Shown: positions 1-8,291 of the stretch, in pieces
Numbering within the stretch: position 1 is the stretch's first letter
Layout: the number at the start of each line of letters is the position of its first letter
Origin: a virus
Lineage: Duplodnaviria; Caudoviricetes
Direction: 5' to 3' (one strand)
Length of the DNA: 31,910 nucleotides
IMG/VR virus record: IMGVR_UViG_3300042564_002559
Coordinates: 1 to 31,910 of that record
Program-made: the position numbers and the translations under genes
Notes under the pieces: generated by a model
What the model was told of the DNA's origin: nothing
The model's input: the letters and a program-made list of their open reading frames with translations, nothing else
Databases searched by the model: none

Positions 1-2
1 GT

Positions 3-1130
3 GCTCTTTCAAATAACTCTGTTGCGTATTCTCGCAAGCCAGAGATGGAGCAATTTATTGCAGAATGGAAATCGCTTTATGACTCAAAATCTGGAGAGCG
101 TGGAATATACAATGTTGCAGCAGCACAAAAGCAAGCAGCAAAGTATGGACGCAGGGATCCTGAAATACATTATGGAACCAACCCTTGTTCGGAAATTATT
201 CTCCGTCCTTATCAGTTTTGTAATCTTTCAGAAGTCGTACTACGTGAAAACGATACAAAGAAAGATATTGAAAGGAAAGTAGATCTAGCCACTATTCTTG
301 GAACATGGCAAGCAACCCTAACAGACTTTAAGTATCTTCGAAAAATTTGGAAAGACAATACAGAGGAAGAAAGATTACTTGGAGTTTCTCTTACTGGTCA
401 ATTCGGACATAAGTTTATGTCTGGAAAAGAAGACCTAGTATCCCTAGAAGCATTCTTGATGACTCTCAGAGAAAAGGCTAGAGAGACAAATAAAAAAGAA
501 GCGGGAAAGATTGGTATTCCAGAGTCTGCAGCTATTACATGCGTAAAGCCTTCTGGTACAGTATCTCAATTAGTTGGAGTATCTTCAGGAATGCATGCAT
601 GGCATTCTCCATATTACATTCGTACAGTTCGTGGTTCAAAAGGTGATCCAATATCCACATTCTTAAAAGAAGTTGGAATCCCAGTAGAAGATGATGTTAT
701 GAAGCCAAATGATACTTATGTATTTTCATTTCCAGTAAAAGCTCCAGAAGGTGCTGTAGTTAGAAATGATTTAACAGCAATTGAGCATTTAAATATTTGG
801 CTAGTTTACCAACGTGCATGGTGTGAACACAAGCCTTCTATTACAGTTTCAGTAAAAGAAGATGAATGGATGGACGTAGGAGCTTGGGTATACAAGAATT
901 TTGACGAAGTTTCTGGAATATCATTTTTGCCTCATTCAGATCACTCATATAAGCAAGCCCCATACCAAGAAGTTTCAAAAGAAGAGTATGAAGAACTATT
1001 AAATAAAATGCCAGAATCTATTAGATGGGAAGATTTATCTTTTTATGAAACAGAAGATGGAACATCTACAAATGCCACCCTGGCATGCAGTTCAGACGGC
1101 AACTGCGAACTTGTAGACATTTCTGCATAA
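3..1130 (+). CDS. nrdJ: Class II adenosylcobalamin-dependent ribonucleoside-triphosphate reductase, 5'-truncated by the window edge
   Basis: The frame is open from nt 3 (ALSNNSVAYSRKPEMEQF...), so the Met at 45 is internal. Motifs: GTNPCSEI (thiyl-radical Cys), FCNLSEV, ITCVKPSGTVSQL, WCEHKPSITV and a C-terminal redox Cys pair (ACSSDGNC). Confidence 0.95.
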   Translation, partial: ALSNNSVAYSRKPEMEQFIAEWKSLYDSKSGERGIYNVAAAQKQAAKYGRRDPEIHYGTNPCSEIILRPYQFCNLSEVVLRENDTKKDIERKVDLATILGTWQATLTDFKYLRKIWKDNTEEERLLGVSLTGQFGHKFMSGKEDLVSLEAFLMTLREKARETNKKEAGKIGIPESAAITCVKPSGTVSQLVGVSSGMHAWHSPYYIRTVRGSKGDPISTFLKEVGIPVEDDVMKPNDTYVFSFPVKAPEGAVVRNDLTAIEHLNIWLVYQRAWCEHKPSITVSVKEDEWMDVGAWVYKNFDEVSGISFLPHSDHSYKQAPYQEVSKEEYEELLNKMPESIRWEDLSFYETEDGTSTNATLACSSDGNCELVDISA

Positions 1131-1142
1131 TAGGTATATAAT
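1114..1142 (+). promoter_or_regulatory. Putative sigma70/SigA promoter TAGACA-17-TATAAT
   Basis: TAGACA 1114-1119, 17-nt spacer, TATAAT 1137-1142. It is followed by a leader with two hairpins and RBS AGGAGG at 1190-1195. Confidence 0.6.
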
Positions 1143-1201
1143 AAAGATTGGGGTAACACCCAAAATTCCTGGGCGCAATGCCTAGAAATAGGAGGATCTA
1201 C

Positions 1202-1426
1202 ATGACAAAAGATCTTAAAAGAAACGGACTAGTAGAAATGCAAGAAAAAATTCTAGCAGCGCTAGCAAGTTATGGTCGTCATTTTTTGGGTGCAGCCATT
1301 GCTCTTTACATGACTGGCAATACTGACCCATCAGATTTGATCAAGGGTGGAATAGCGGCTTGCTTGCCAGTTATTCTTAAAGCACTTAATACCAACGAGC
1401 CATCTTTCGGCTTTACAAAGAAGTAA
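1202..1426 (+). CDS. Small two-helix membrane protein, holin-like
   Basis: AGGAGG ends 6 nt before ATG 1202, with a possible second start at 1238. Hydrophobic segments FLGAAIALYM and GGIAACLPVIL, and a basic C-terminus (FTKK). Holin function is inferred; no endolysin is visible in the window. Confidence 0.5.
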   Translation: MTKDLKRNGLVEMQEKILAALASYGRHFLGAAIALYMTGNTDPSDLIKGGIAACLPVILKALNTNEPSFGFTKK

Positions 1427-1440
1427 TTCTTAAAATCAAT

Positions 1441-1486
1441 TAGGACGGCTCCTGTGCTAAAATAGGCATAGGAGTTTTCCTATTTT
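1441..1486 (+). terminator. Long stem-loop (terminator-like) overlapping an extended -10 element
   Basis: CTCCTGTGC pairs with GCATAGGAG (one G-U), the outer TAGGA 1441-1445 pairs with TCCTA 1478-1482, and TTTT follows. TGCTAAAAT lies at 1455-1463. Confidence 0.5.
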
Positions 1487-1500
1487 AGGAGATTTTGCAA

Positions 1501-1848
1501 ATGGCAGGACAGAAAAATTTTGAAGTAGATCAAAATACCACTTTCTCTTTTATTGTAGAATATAAGGACAGTGAGGGTAATCCCATTGATCTAGATGGCG
1601 CAACAGCAAAACTACAGGTTAGAGACACTAAGGGTGGATCAAAACTTGCATTTAGCTTAACGTCACCAAATGGTGGAATTATAATAGATGCCCCCAATGG
1701 TAAATTAACATGCAAAATGACCCCAACCCAAACAAACAAGTTGTTTTATCCAAAATCTTCATATGACTTAATGATTACAGATTCTAATTTAAATAAGACA
1801 AAACTTATTGAAGGATTTTTAACATTAAGTAGATCGGTAACAATATAA
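1501..1848 (+). CDS. Virion structural beta-sandwich/adaptor protein (BppU-N/LtfC-like)
   Basis: AGGAG RBS at 1487-1491. The pattern PIDLDGATAKLQVR...IIIDAPNGKL...YDLMITD...LIEG is typical of small phage fibre-attachment proteins. Confidence 0.6.
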   Translation: MAGQKNFEVDQNTTFSFIVEYKDSEGNPIDLDGATAKLQVRDTKGGSKLAFSLTSPNGGIIIDAPNGKLTCKMTPTQTNKLFYPKSSYDLMITDSNLNKTKLIEGFLTLSRSVTI

Positions 1849-2285
1849 TGTCAGAAACAGTAATTGTAACCGAAAATATAAATAAGGTAGTAATTGGTTC
1901 CCCAGGAACCCAAGGTCCTAGAGGTAAATCTATCCTCAATGGAAACGGTGTCCCAGCAGACAACCTTGGCACTGAGGGAGATTTTTATTACGATAAACTT
2001 ACAACAAGATTTTATGGTCCAAAACCACAAGAAACATCATGGGCTGGAGCCACCAACTATTTATTAAGCACAAGCACATTAACCTATCCATTTTCAATTG
2101 GTCAGGTTACAGATGAGCAAACATACTGGGCACTTGAAATAACCCATAATATGGGATATAACCCAAATGTGACTGTAAAAAATAGCGCTGGCGACATATT
2201 AGAAACAGGAATAGATTATAATAGTATTAACAAAATTACACTGACAATGGCTCAACCATTCGGTGGGATAGCTTACCTATCTTAA
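1848..2285 (+). CDS. Minor virion/fibre-associated protein
   Basis: TAATG coupling to the previous gene. Short collagen stretch (GTQGPRG), the GVPADNLGTEGDFYYD fibre motif and a C-terminal THNMGYNPNVTV motif. Confidence 0.6.
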   Translation: MSETVIVTENINKVVIGSPGTQGPRGKSILNGNGVPADNLGTEGDFYYDKLTTRFYGPKPQETSWAGATNYLLSTSTLTYPFSIGQVTDEQTYWALEITHNMGYNPNVTVKNSAGDILETGIDYNSINKITLTMAQPFGGIAYLS

Positions 2286-2299
2286 AGGAGAAATAGAAA

Positions 2300-3709
2300 A
2301 TGGCAAGATTATTTGTAACTGATATCAATCTTAATAAGAATGAACTTCAGAACGCCAGAATTCAGGGATTAAGCTCAGCCCCATCAGCCCCTGTAACTGG
2401 ACAGATTTATTATAACAACGCAGAAAATGTAATGTACTATTACAATGGACTAGCTTCACCAAACGGTCCATGGGTGCCAATGAATGGATCTGAAGAGGTT
2501 ATTCAAGACATAATTGGTTCATCGGTATTAGGTGGAACAGGATTAACTGCAACATATACTGATTCTACAGGAACCACAACTATTGATTTAGACGACACAG
2601 CGGTAACAGCTGGTTCATATGGTTCTACAACTGAAATTCCAACATTTACAGTTGATGCTCAAGGTCGTTTAACTGCAGCAGGAACAGTAAGCGTAGCAAC
2701 TCAATTAAACATAAATGCAGATGCAACTCAGGCTACAATTGATCTTTTAACTGACACGCTAATTATTAATGGCGGAGAAGGAATAGATACATCTTTTACT
2801 GGAGACACACTAACAATTTCTGGAGAAAATGCATCTACATCTAATAAAGGTATTGCCTCATTTAACTCAGATGACTTTGACACAACAGATGGACACGTAG
2901 ACTTAGAAGATACAGTTGTTAAAACAATTACGACTGACTCTGGAGCACTTACACCATCAGGACACGGCCTATCAATTCTTGGCGGAGAAGGACTTGATGT
3001 AACACACACTGGAACATCAATTACAGTATCTGGAGAAGATGCAACAACTACCAATAAAGGTATTGCATCTTTTGAAACTGAAGACTTTACCGTAACATCT
3101 GGTGCAGTATCTATCAAGAATGTAAACCTTGGAACACAAACTACAGGTGATTATGTAGCTAATATTACTGGAACAGATAACGAAGTGACAGTTAGCCCAA
3201 CTTCTGGAGAAGGTACTTCAGTAACAATTGGCCTTCCAGATGATGTAACAATTGCAAATAATTTAAATGTTGGCGGAAACCTTAATGTAACTGGAACAAT
3301 TAACTCAGTAAATACCACTCAGGTAAATATTGTTGATAATAAGATTAATCTTAATACAGACTTTACTGGAACACCAACAGCAGATGCTGGTATCCGTGTA
3401 GAGCGTGGCGAAGGCGCAGATGTTGAAGTTCTTTGGAACGAATCAGATGATCGCTGGACACTTACAAATAATGGTACAAACTACCATGCAATAACAAGAA
3501 AATTCTCAACAACTGTTGGAAACGCAGTTTTAACACAAATCCCAGTTACACATAATTTAGGTGCCAGGGATGTTACTGTTCAAGTATACGATTCAGCCAC
3601 CTTTGATACAGTAGAGTGCGATGTTGTTAGAACATCCACAGAGATTGTAACTTTAGGATTTACAGTCGCACCTGCTTCTGGAGCATACACGGTAGTAATA
3701 GTAGGATAA
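2300..3709 (+). CDS. Phage fibre-like structural protein
   Basis: AAGGAG RBS. Thr/Asp/Gly-rich, with fibre motifs (VTAGSYGS..IPTFTVDAQGRLTAA; AGIRVERG), an internal duplication (SGENASTSNKGIASF / SGEDATTTNKGIASF) and a C-terminal THNLGARDVTVQVYD domain. Confidence 0.75.
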   Translation: MARLFVTDINLNKNELQNARIQGLSSAPSAPVTGQIYYNNAENVMYYYNGLASPNGPWVPMNGSEEVIQDIIGSSVLGGTGLTATYTDSTGTTTIDLDDTAVTAGSYGSTTEIPTFTVDAQGRLTAAGTVSVATQLNINADATQATIDLLTDTLIINGGEGIDTSFTGDTLTISGENASTSNKGIASFNSDDFDTTDGHVDLEDTVVKTITTDSGALTPSGHGLSILGGEGLDVTHTGTSITVSGEDATTTNKGIASFETEDFTVTSGAVSIKNVNLGTQTTGDYVANITGTDNEVTVSPTSGEGTSVTIGLPDDVTIANNLNVGGNLNVTGTINSVNTTQVNIVDNKINLNTDFTGTPTADAGIRVERGEGADVEVLWNESDDRWTLTNNGTNYHAITRKFSTTVGNAVLTQIPVTHNLGARDVTVQVYDSATFDTVECDVVRTSTEIVTLGFTVAPASGAYTVVIVG

Positions 3710-3721
3710 AGGGAGCAGTAA

Positions 3722-3973
3722 ATGTCTGTAAAAAGATTAGTCCCTCTACATGCAGTAGTACTTGACTCAGATCCAATCACTGGACGAATTGGCGATATTT
3801 ATTATAACAATTCTGAAGAAGAGCTTAGATATTTTGACGGTTCAGTATGGAATCCAGTCGGTGGAGCAATAACAGGAATACTTGAACATATACACACATA
3901 TGATGGTGCAATATTTTCTGTGGAGTCTATTGAGGTTCCAGCTTCTGGTGTTATTGATGGAGGTACTCCATGA
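3722..3973 (+). CDS. Small fibre-associated structural protein
   Basis: GGGAG RBS, the [11 protein letters not shown]...YFDGSVW motif and a C-terminal IDGGTP. ATGA overlap with the next gene. Confidence 0.65.
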   Translation: MSVKRLVPLHAVVLDSDPITGRIGDIYYNNSEEELRYFDGSVWNPVGGAITGILEHIHTYDGAIFSVESIEVPASGVIDGGTP

Positions 3974-5973
3974 GCGTAGTAATAAAAACAAAAAGAGGAA
4001 CCACAGAACAGTGGAATAGCTCTACAACTCCACTTCAAATTGGAGAACTTGGATTAGACACAACTCTTAATAAATTAAAAGCAGGAAATGGTACCAGTCT
4101 TTGGCAAAATCTCCCCTTTCTTACATCTGATGGTGGCGGAGACACTGGAGACATAACATTTGATGGAATTCAAATCATTGGTGCGGGCACAGCATCTGGT
4201 GATGGTAGCAATCTAGGAACTATCGAGCTTGTTCCAGATGGAGACATTACTTCAGATCAATATTTAATAATTGATCCAACTGCACCTAACCATATTCATA
4301 TTCGTGCAGGTGGGGAACAAGATGCTTCTACTGCAGACCTATTTCTTGGCGGAGAAAGAAACAATGTTCGTGTCTCAGATGGCGGAAGAACTGTAAGTGT
4401 TAGCACAAGACCAAATACAGTTATTAACACATATACAAATCAAAATACAATAAGTAACACTTCTTTTGTAACAAGTAATACAGCAAATATTTATATAGGG
4501 GATACATTATTTTATGTAGGCGGAGATATAGTAACTGTTGATTCAATTACACAGGACTCACCAAGTGCTGGTCTACAGACTATCACAGCAAACCTAAATG
4601 GAGCACCAGCTTCATTTGTTGCAGGAGAACCACATATATTTAGCCATGAAGAAGAATGGGAAAATTATTGGCAGTTTGGAGCAGATGGTGTTCTGTCTGG
4701 TCCAGCAATGGGTTCAGTTGCCGTAAATGGACTTCACAATAATTCATCTACAGAAAGCGACCTCTTGTTAGTAAGCTCTGAAAAAATAGTTATCGCTGGA
4801 GACAATGGAGAATTTTTAAATGATGCCTCTGTTGCATCAAATCAAATTGCAACTATGGGAGATATTTCAGATGCAAATGATTATACGGACACTGCAATTT
4901 CAACTCTTGGAGACACTATAGATTCTGGATATATTCCTATTACAGAAAAAGGAACTGCTGGAGGAGTAGCATCTTTAGATCTTAGTGGCAAAATTCCATT
5001 AGAACAAATTGACACAAGTAGTCTTATAGGTCCAACAGGACCAACAGGGCCACAAGGCGATATTGGTCCAACGGGAGCAGCTGGTGACGCATTTGGAATT
5101 TATTATTTAGGGAATTATAATCCATTATCTGGTTACGTACCAGATATTGCAGTAGTAAGAGGTTCAGACGGACAACTGTATCTTGCTAAAGCTAGTGGAC
5201 AACTGGGCGATCCAATTGATTATGTAAGTAATGGACAATGGGAAATATGGATACCTAAAGGACCAACAGGCCCTACAGGCCCATCAGGTGCAGATAGCAC
5301 AGTTGCAGGCCCATCAGGTCCATCAGGACCATCAGGTCCACAAGGTGACGCAGGTCCGACAGGACCAACAGGTCCACAAGGTGACGCAGGTCCGACAGGA
5401 CCAACAGGTGCAGATAGCACAGTTCCTGGTCCAACAGGACCAACAGGTCCACAAGGTGACATAGGTCCAACAGGACCAACAGGTCCACAAGGTGACGCAG
5501 GTCCGACAGGACCAACAGGTCCACAAGGTGACATAGGCCCAACAGGACCAACAGGTCCAACTGGACTACCTGGAGGAATAACTCTTACCGTAACAAACTC
5601 TGGCAGCGGAGCTTATGTAATAAATGGATCTAATAATCCAACTCTTTCTTTTATTCGTGGACACAGATATATAATTAACGTAAATGCTTCTGGCCACCCA
5701 TTTTGGATACAAACAGTTTCAGGCGCTTATAGTTCAGGAAATATTTACAGCACTGGCGTTACAAATGGCGGAACAGATAACGGAACAATTATATTTGAAG
5801 TTCCTTATGATGCACCACAACTTTATTATGCATGTCAATTCCACTCATCAATGGCTGGTTCTATAACAGTTTCCGATCTCGGACCATCAGGCCCATCAGG
5901 TCCATCAGGGCCAGCAGGGCCAGCAGGAGGAAGTGAAGGATCAGATATTATGAATATCATGGAAGCATGGTAA
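3970..5973 (+). CDS. Collagen-like fibre with a major-tropism-determinant-type N-terminal domain and a C-terminal cupredoxin-like domain
   Basis: The N-terminus KRGTTEQW...[17 protein letters not shown]...W..LPF has the Mtd-N pattern. Long Gly-X-Y runs (GPT/GPS/GPQ) are followed by a C-terminal GHPFW...[16 protein letters not shown] domain. Confidence 0.85.
   Translation: MSVVIKTKRGTTEQWNSSTTPLQIGELGLDTTLNKLKAGNGTSLWQNLPFLTSDGGGDTGDITFDGIQIIGAGTASGDGSNLGTIELVPDGDITSDQYLIIDPTAPNHIHIRAGGEQDASTADLFLGGERNNVRVSDGGRTVSVSTRPNTVINTYTNQNTISNTSFVTSNTANIYIGDTLFYVGGDIVTVDSITQDSPSAGLQTITANLNGAPASFVAGEPHIFSHEEEWENYWQFGADGVLSGPAMGSVAVNGLHNNSSTESDLLLVSSEKIVIAGDNGEFLNDASVASNQIATMGDISDANDYTDTAISTLGDTIDSGYIPITEKGTAGGVASLDLSGKIPLEQIDTSSLIGPTGPTGPQGDIGPTGAAGDAFGIYYLGNYNPLSGYVPDIAVVRGSDGQLYLAKASGQLGDPIDYVSNGQWEIWIPKGPTGPTGPSGADSTVAGPSGPSGPSGPQGDAGPTGPTGPQGDAGPTGPTGADSTVPGPTGPTGPQGDIGPTGPTGPQGDAGPTGPTGPQGDIGPTGPTGPTGLPGGITLTVTNSGSGAYVINGSNNPTLSFIRGHRYIINVNASGHPFWIQTVSGAYSSGNIYSTGVTNGGTDNGTIIFEVPYDAPQLYYACQFHSSMAGSITVSDLGPSGPSGPSGPAGPAGGSEGSDIMNIMEAW
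5335..5553 (+). repeat. 36-nt coding tandem repeats (GPQGDA/IGPTGPT) in the collagen region
   Basis: GGTCCACAAGGTGACGCAGGTCCGACAGGACCAACA occurs exactly at 5335-5370, 5371-5406 and 5482-5517. Ile variants lie at 5446-5481 and 5518-5553. Confidence 0.9.
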
Positions 5974-6017
5974 TCTAGGTATAACATATACCATAACTCG
6001 AAATAATAGGAGAAAAA

Positions 6018-6347
6018 ATGGCAACAATATCAAAACTACTAGCAAGAACAACGTTAAATACTACAAACACAACTGTTTTGTATACCGTTCCTGCTTCAAC
6101 AACAACAGTACTTACAAATATTATTATAAGTAATATTTCTGGTTCTGCAGCATCATTTAATTTAACATTACCAGACGCATCTGGAACACAGGTAGCATTT
6201 GCTACATCAGTATCAGTTCCAGCAAACAGCATTGCATCATTTGACCTTAAGCAGGTACTTGGTGGGTCTGGAACTCAAACAGTAATAGGATGGGCATCTG
6301 CCAACTCTGCACTAACAGCACATTTAAGCGGAGTCGAAATATCATAA
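6018..6347 (+). CDS. Small beta-sandwich virion adaptor-like protein (related to 10459..10773)
   Basis: AGGAG RBS. The pattern TVLYTVPASTTTVLTNIIISN...HLSGVEI is common in phage structural regions. Confidence 0.65.
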   Translation: MATISKLLARTTLNTTNTTVLYTVPASTTTVLTNIIISNISGSAASFNLTLPDASGTQVAFATSVSVPANSIASFDLKQVLGGSGTQTVIGWASANSALTAHLSGVEIS

Positions 6348-6348
6348 C

Positions 6349-6729
6349 ATGGCATATAGTACATTTCCAGCAACTTCTTCAATCATAAAGTCAGTTCAAA
6401 GGGGCTCTACTGCTTCTGCTGGAAACGTAACAATATCACAAGTTAATACTGCAAAATCTTTTATAAATTCATTTTCTACATCATCATCAGGAAGCGTTGG
6501 AACAAACAGCTCAACATCTGGTACATTAACTCCTTCTGGAGGAAACGTTTCAGTTTCATCTCCAAGCTTTAACCCAGCTGGTGGAAGCTTTCCAAACTAT
6601 GTAGGTACAAGATCATATAGTGGTGGATCAACATCTTTAACATCAGCATCATTTGGTGCCTATATAGCAAACTCAACAACAATTACAACAACAGGTGCAT
6701 GTCGTTGGGAAGTAGTGGAGTATGCATAA
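6349..6729 (+). CDS. Tandem paralog 1 of 4, putative fibre-tip/adhesin subunit
   Basis: IKSVQRGSTASAGNVTIS...GACRWEVVEY framework shared with the next three genes. Confidence 0.75.
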   Translation: MAYSTFPATSSIIKSVQRGSTASAGNVTISQVNTAKSFINSFSTSSSGSVGTNSSTSGTLTPSGGNVSVSSPSFNPAGGSFPNYVGTRSYSGGSTSLTSASFGAYIANSTTITTTGACRWEVVEYA

Positions 6730-7112
6730 TGGGATCTAAAATATATCCAGCTGCCTCTTCGCCAATTAAGTCACTTCAAAGAGGCTCTGCATCATCATCT
6801 GGAAACGTAACAATTTCTTCCGTAAACACTTCTAAATCTTTTGTTAGATCTTTTTCTACAGGATCTACAGGAACAGTTGCTGGAACTGGATCAACATCTG
6901 GAACATATAGCCCATCTGGAGGTAATATATTTGGGCCAGGCGGCGGAGGATTTATTTCAGGTGGAGGATCAGCACCTACTTATTCTGGAACACGATCTTT
7001 GTCTGCTGGAGGAACATCATTAACTTCCGCAAGATACGGTGCATACTTATCAAACTCAACAACTTTAGTTGTTGACGGAGCATGCAGGTGGGAGGTTGTT
7101 GAGTATAACTAA
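6729..7112 (+). CDS. Tandem paralog 2 of 4, putative fibre-tip/adhesin subunit
   Basis: Start reassigned to ATG 6729 (TAATG overlap; aligns with the paralog N-termini). Same framework. Confidence 0.75.
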   Translation: MGSKIYPAASSPIKSLQRGSASSSGNVTISSVNTSKSFVRSFSTGSTGTVAGTGSTSGTYSPSGGNIFGPGGGGFISGGGSAPTYSGTRSLSAGGTSLTSARYGAYLSNSTTLVVDGACRWEVVEYN

Positions 7113-7498
7113 TGGCATCTACAATATTCCCACAAACATTGTCACCAATTAAATCTATTCAAAGAGGGTCAACAGCATCTGCTGGTAATATAACTATATC
7201 TTCTATAAATACATCTAAATCTTTTATTAGATCTTATTCTACTGGTTCAGCAGGAAGCGTAGGAGTTTCTGGTTCTGAATCAGGAACACTAAGCCCCACT
7301 GGATTTTATAATTTTGGTGGAACTGGCGGAGGTAATGCATCTTCAGGTGGTGGAAGTTTTCCAAATTATGCTGGAACAAGATCAAATGGAGCTGGAGGAA
7401 CATCAATTACAGTTTCAGAATATGGCGCATATATAGTTAATTCAACTACAATAACTACAACTGGAGCATGTAGATGGGAAGTGGTGGAATACTCGTAA
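7112..7498 (+). CDS. Tandem paralog 3 of 4, putative fibre-tip/adhesin subunit
   Basis: TAATG overlap; IKSIQRG...GACRWEVVEYS. Confidence 0.75.
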   Translation: MASTIFPQTLSPIKSIQRGSTASAGNITISSINTSKSFIRSYSTGSAGSVGVSGSESGTLSPTGFYNFGGTGGGNASSGGGSFPNYAGTRSNGAGGTSITVSEYGAYIVNSTTITTTGACRWEVVEYS

Positions 7499-7875
7499 TG
7501 TCTATTAAACAATATCCTGAAACTTTACAAGGAGTTAAATCTATTCAAAGGGGTTCAACTGCATCTGCTGGTAACGTAACAATATCTGCAGTAGATACAT
7601 CTAAGTCTTTTGTAATTTCATTTTCAACTGGTTCTGCTGGAACAGTAGCAATTAATAGCTCTGAATCTGGAACTCTTACTCCTAATGGAGGATCTTGTGC
7701 TTCACAAGGAAATGGATCTAATAGCGGAGGATCCTGGCCAACATATAGCGGGTCAAGAAGTTTATCTGGAGGATCAACATCATTATATTCTGCGGAATAT
7801 GGTGCACACTTAACAAATTCAACCACACTTACCACTACTGGTTCTTGTCGGTGGGAAATAGTAGAATACTACTAA
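7498..7875 (+). CDS. Tandem paralog 4 of 4, putative fibre-tip/adhesin subunit
   Basis: Start reassigned to ATG 7498 (TAATG overlap); VKSIQRG...GSCRWEIVEYY. Confidence 0.75.
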   Translation: MSIKQYPETLQGVKSIQRGSTASAGNVTISAVDTSKSFVISFSTGSAGTVAINSSESGTLTPNGGSCASQGNGSNSGGSWPTYSGSRSLSGGSTSLYSAEYGAHLTNSTTLTTTGSCRWEIVEYY

Positions 7876-7888
7876 GAGGAGAATATAT

Positions 7889-8242
7889 ATGACTAATTGG
7901 ATACAATTAAAAGATGGGGTAGCTTTTGCTTATGTTAATTCATCAAATTTTGTTGCAAATTCTATTCCTATAGAAGACTCAGTTGACCCAAATACAATTA
8001 TGGCAAAAAAATATGTAGACGGTCAATGGGAAGAGGCAGAGCTAATTCACTTTGTCGAAGAAATTCTAGGAAATAAAGTACTTAGAGTTAATTCAACAGT
8101 TTTTGCTTCAGATGTTACTGGAGATATTGTTGGACCTGAAGTAAAGGCAATGTGGACTAAAAACGAAGATGGTCAATATCAGCCACCAGCTACAATTGCA
8201 GAGGCAACCATATACGACGAGCATTTGTTCAACCAAGACTAG
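7889..8242 (+). CDS. Hypothetical protein, possible fibre assembly chaperone
   Basis: GAGGAG RBS. Acidic, with two related halves (KKYVDGQW / WTKNEDGQYQPP) resembling small proteins that follow fibre-tip genes. Function is inferred from position. Confidence 0.55.
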   Translation: MTNWIQLKDGVAFAYVNSSNFVANSIPIEDSVDPNTIMAKKYVDGQWEEAELIHFVEEILGNKVLRVNSTVFASDVTGDIVGPEVKAMWTKNEDGQYQPPATIAEATIYDEHLFNQD

Positions 8243-8262
8243 TCCTTTAATAGACGATATTA

Positions 8263-8271
8263 AGGTATAAT
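8263..8271 (+). promoter_or_regulatory. Putative -10 element (AGGTATAAT)
   Basis: TATAAT 8266-8271 in the intergenic gap, upstream of RBS GAGGT and ATG 8292. No good -35. Confidence 0.5.
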
Positions 8272-8291
8272 AAGGAAAGAGGTATTCGTAA

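Noticed and set aside
1-282. 93-aa ORF in frame 1
   Set aside because: It overlaps nrdJ in another frame and has no motifs; a shadow ORF.
3-1130. Intein or intron in the RNR, and stop-codon reassignment
   Set aside because: The visible RNR part is contiguous with normally spaced motifs, and TAA, TAG and TGA all terminate genes at sensible boundaries in the window.
5335-5553. 36-nt repeats of CRISPR-like length
   Set aside because: The units are mostly adjacent, without unique spacers, in frame within a collagen gene, and no cas genes are present.
5220-5560. Several alternative-frame and antisense ORFs with periodic sequences (GPV, CWSC, QVH repeats)
   Set aside because: They are by-products of the collagen repeat DNA and lack an RBS or promoter.
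5978-5992. Short palindrome GGTATA-ACA-TATACC upstream of 6018
   Set aside because: Only 6 bp in AT-rich DNA with no second copy found; it may simply overlap a weak -10.
6349-7875. Possible DGR template/variable repeats or invertible shufflon
   Set aside because: The differences are not adenine-specific, all copies are intact coupled genes in one orientation, and no reverse transcriptase or recombinase is in the window.
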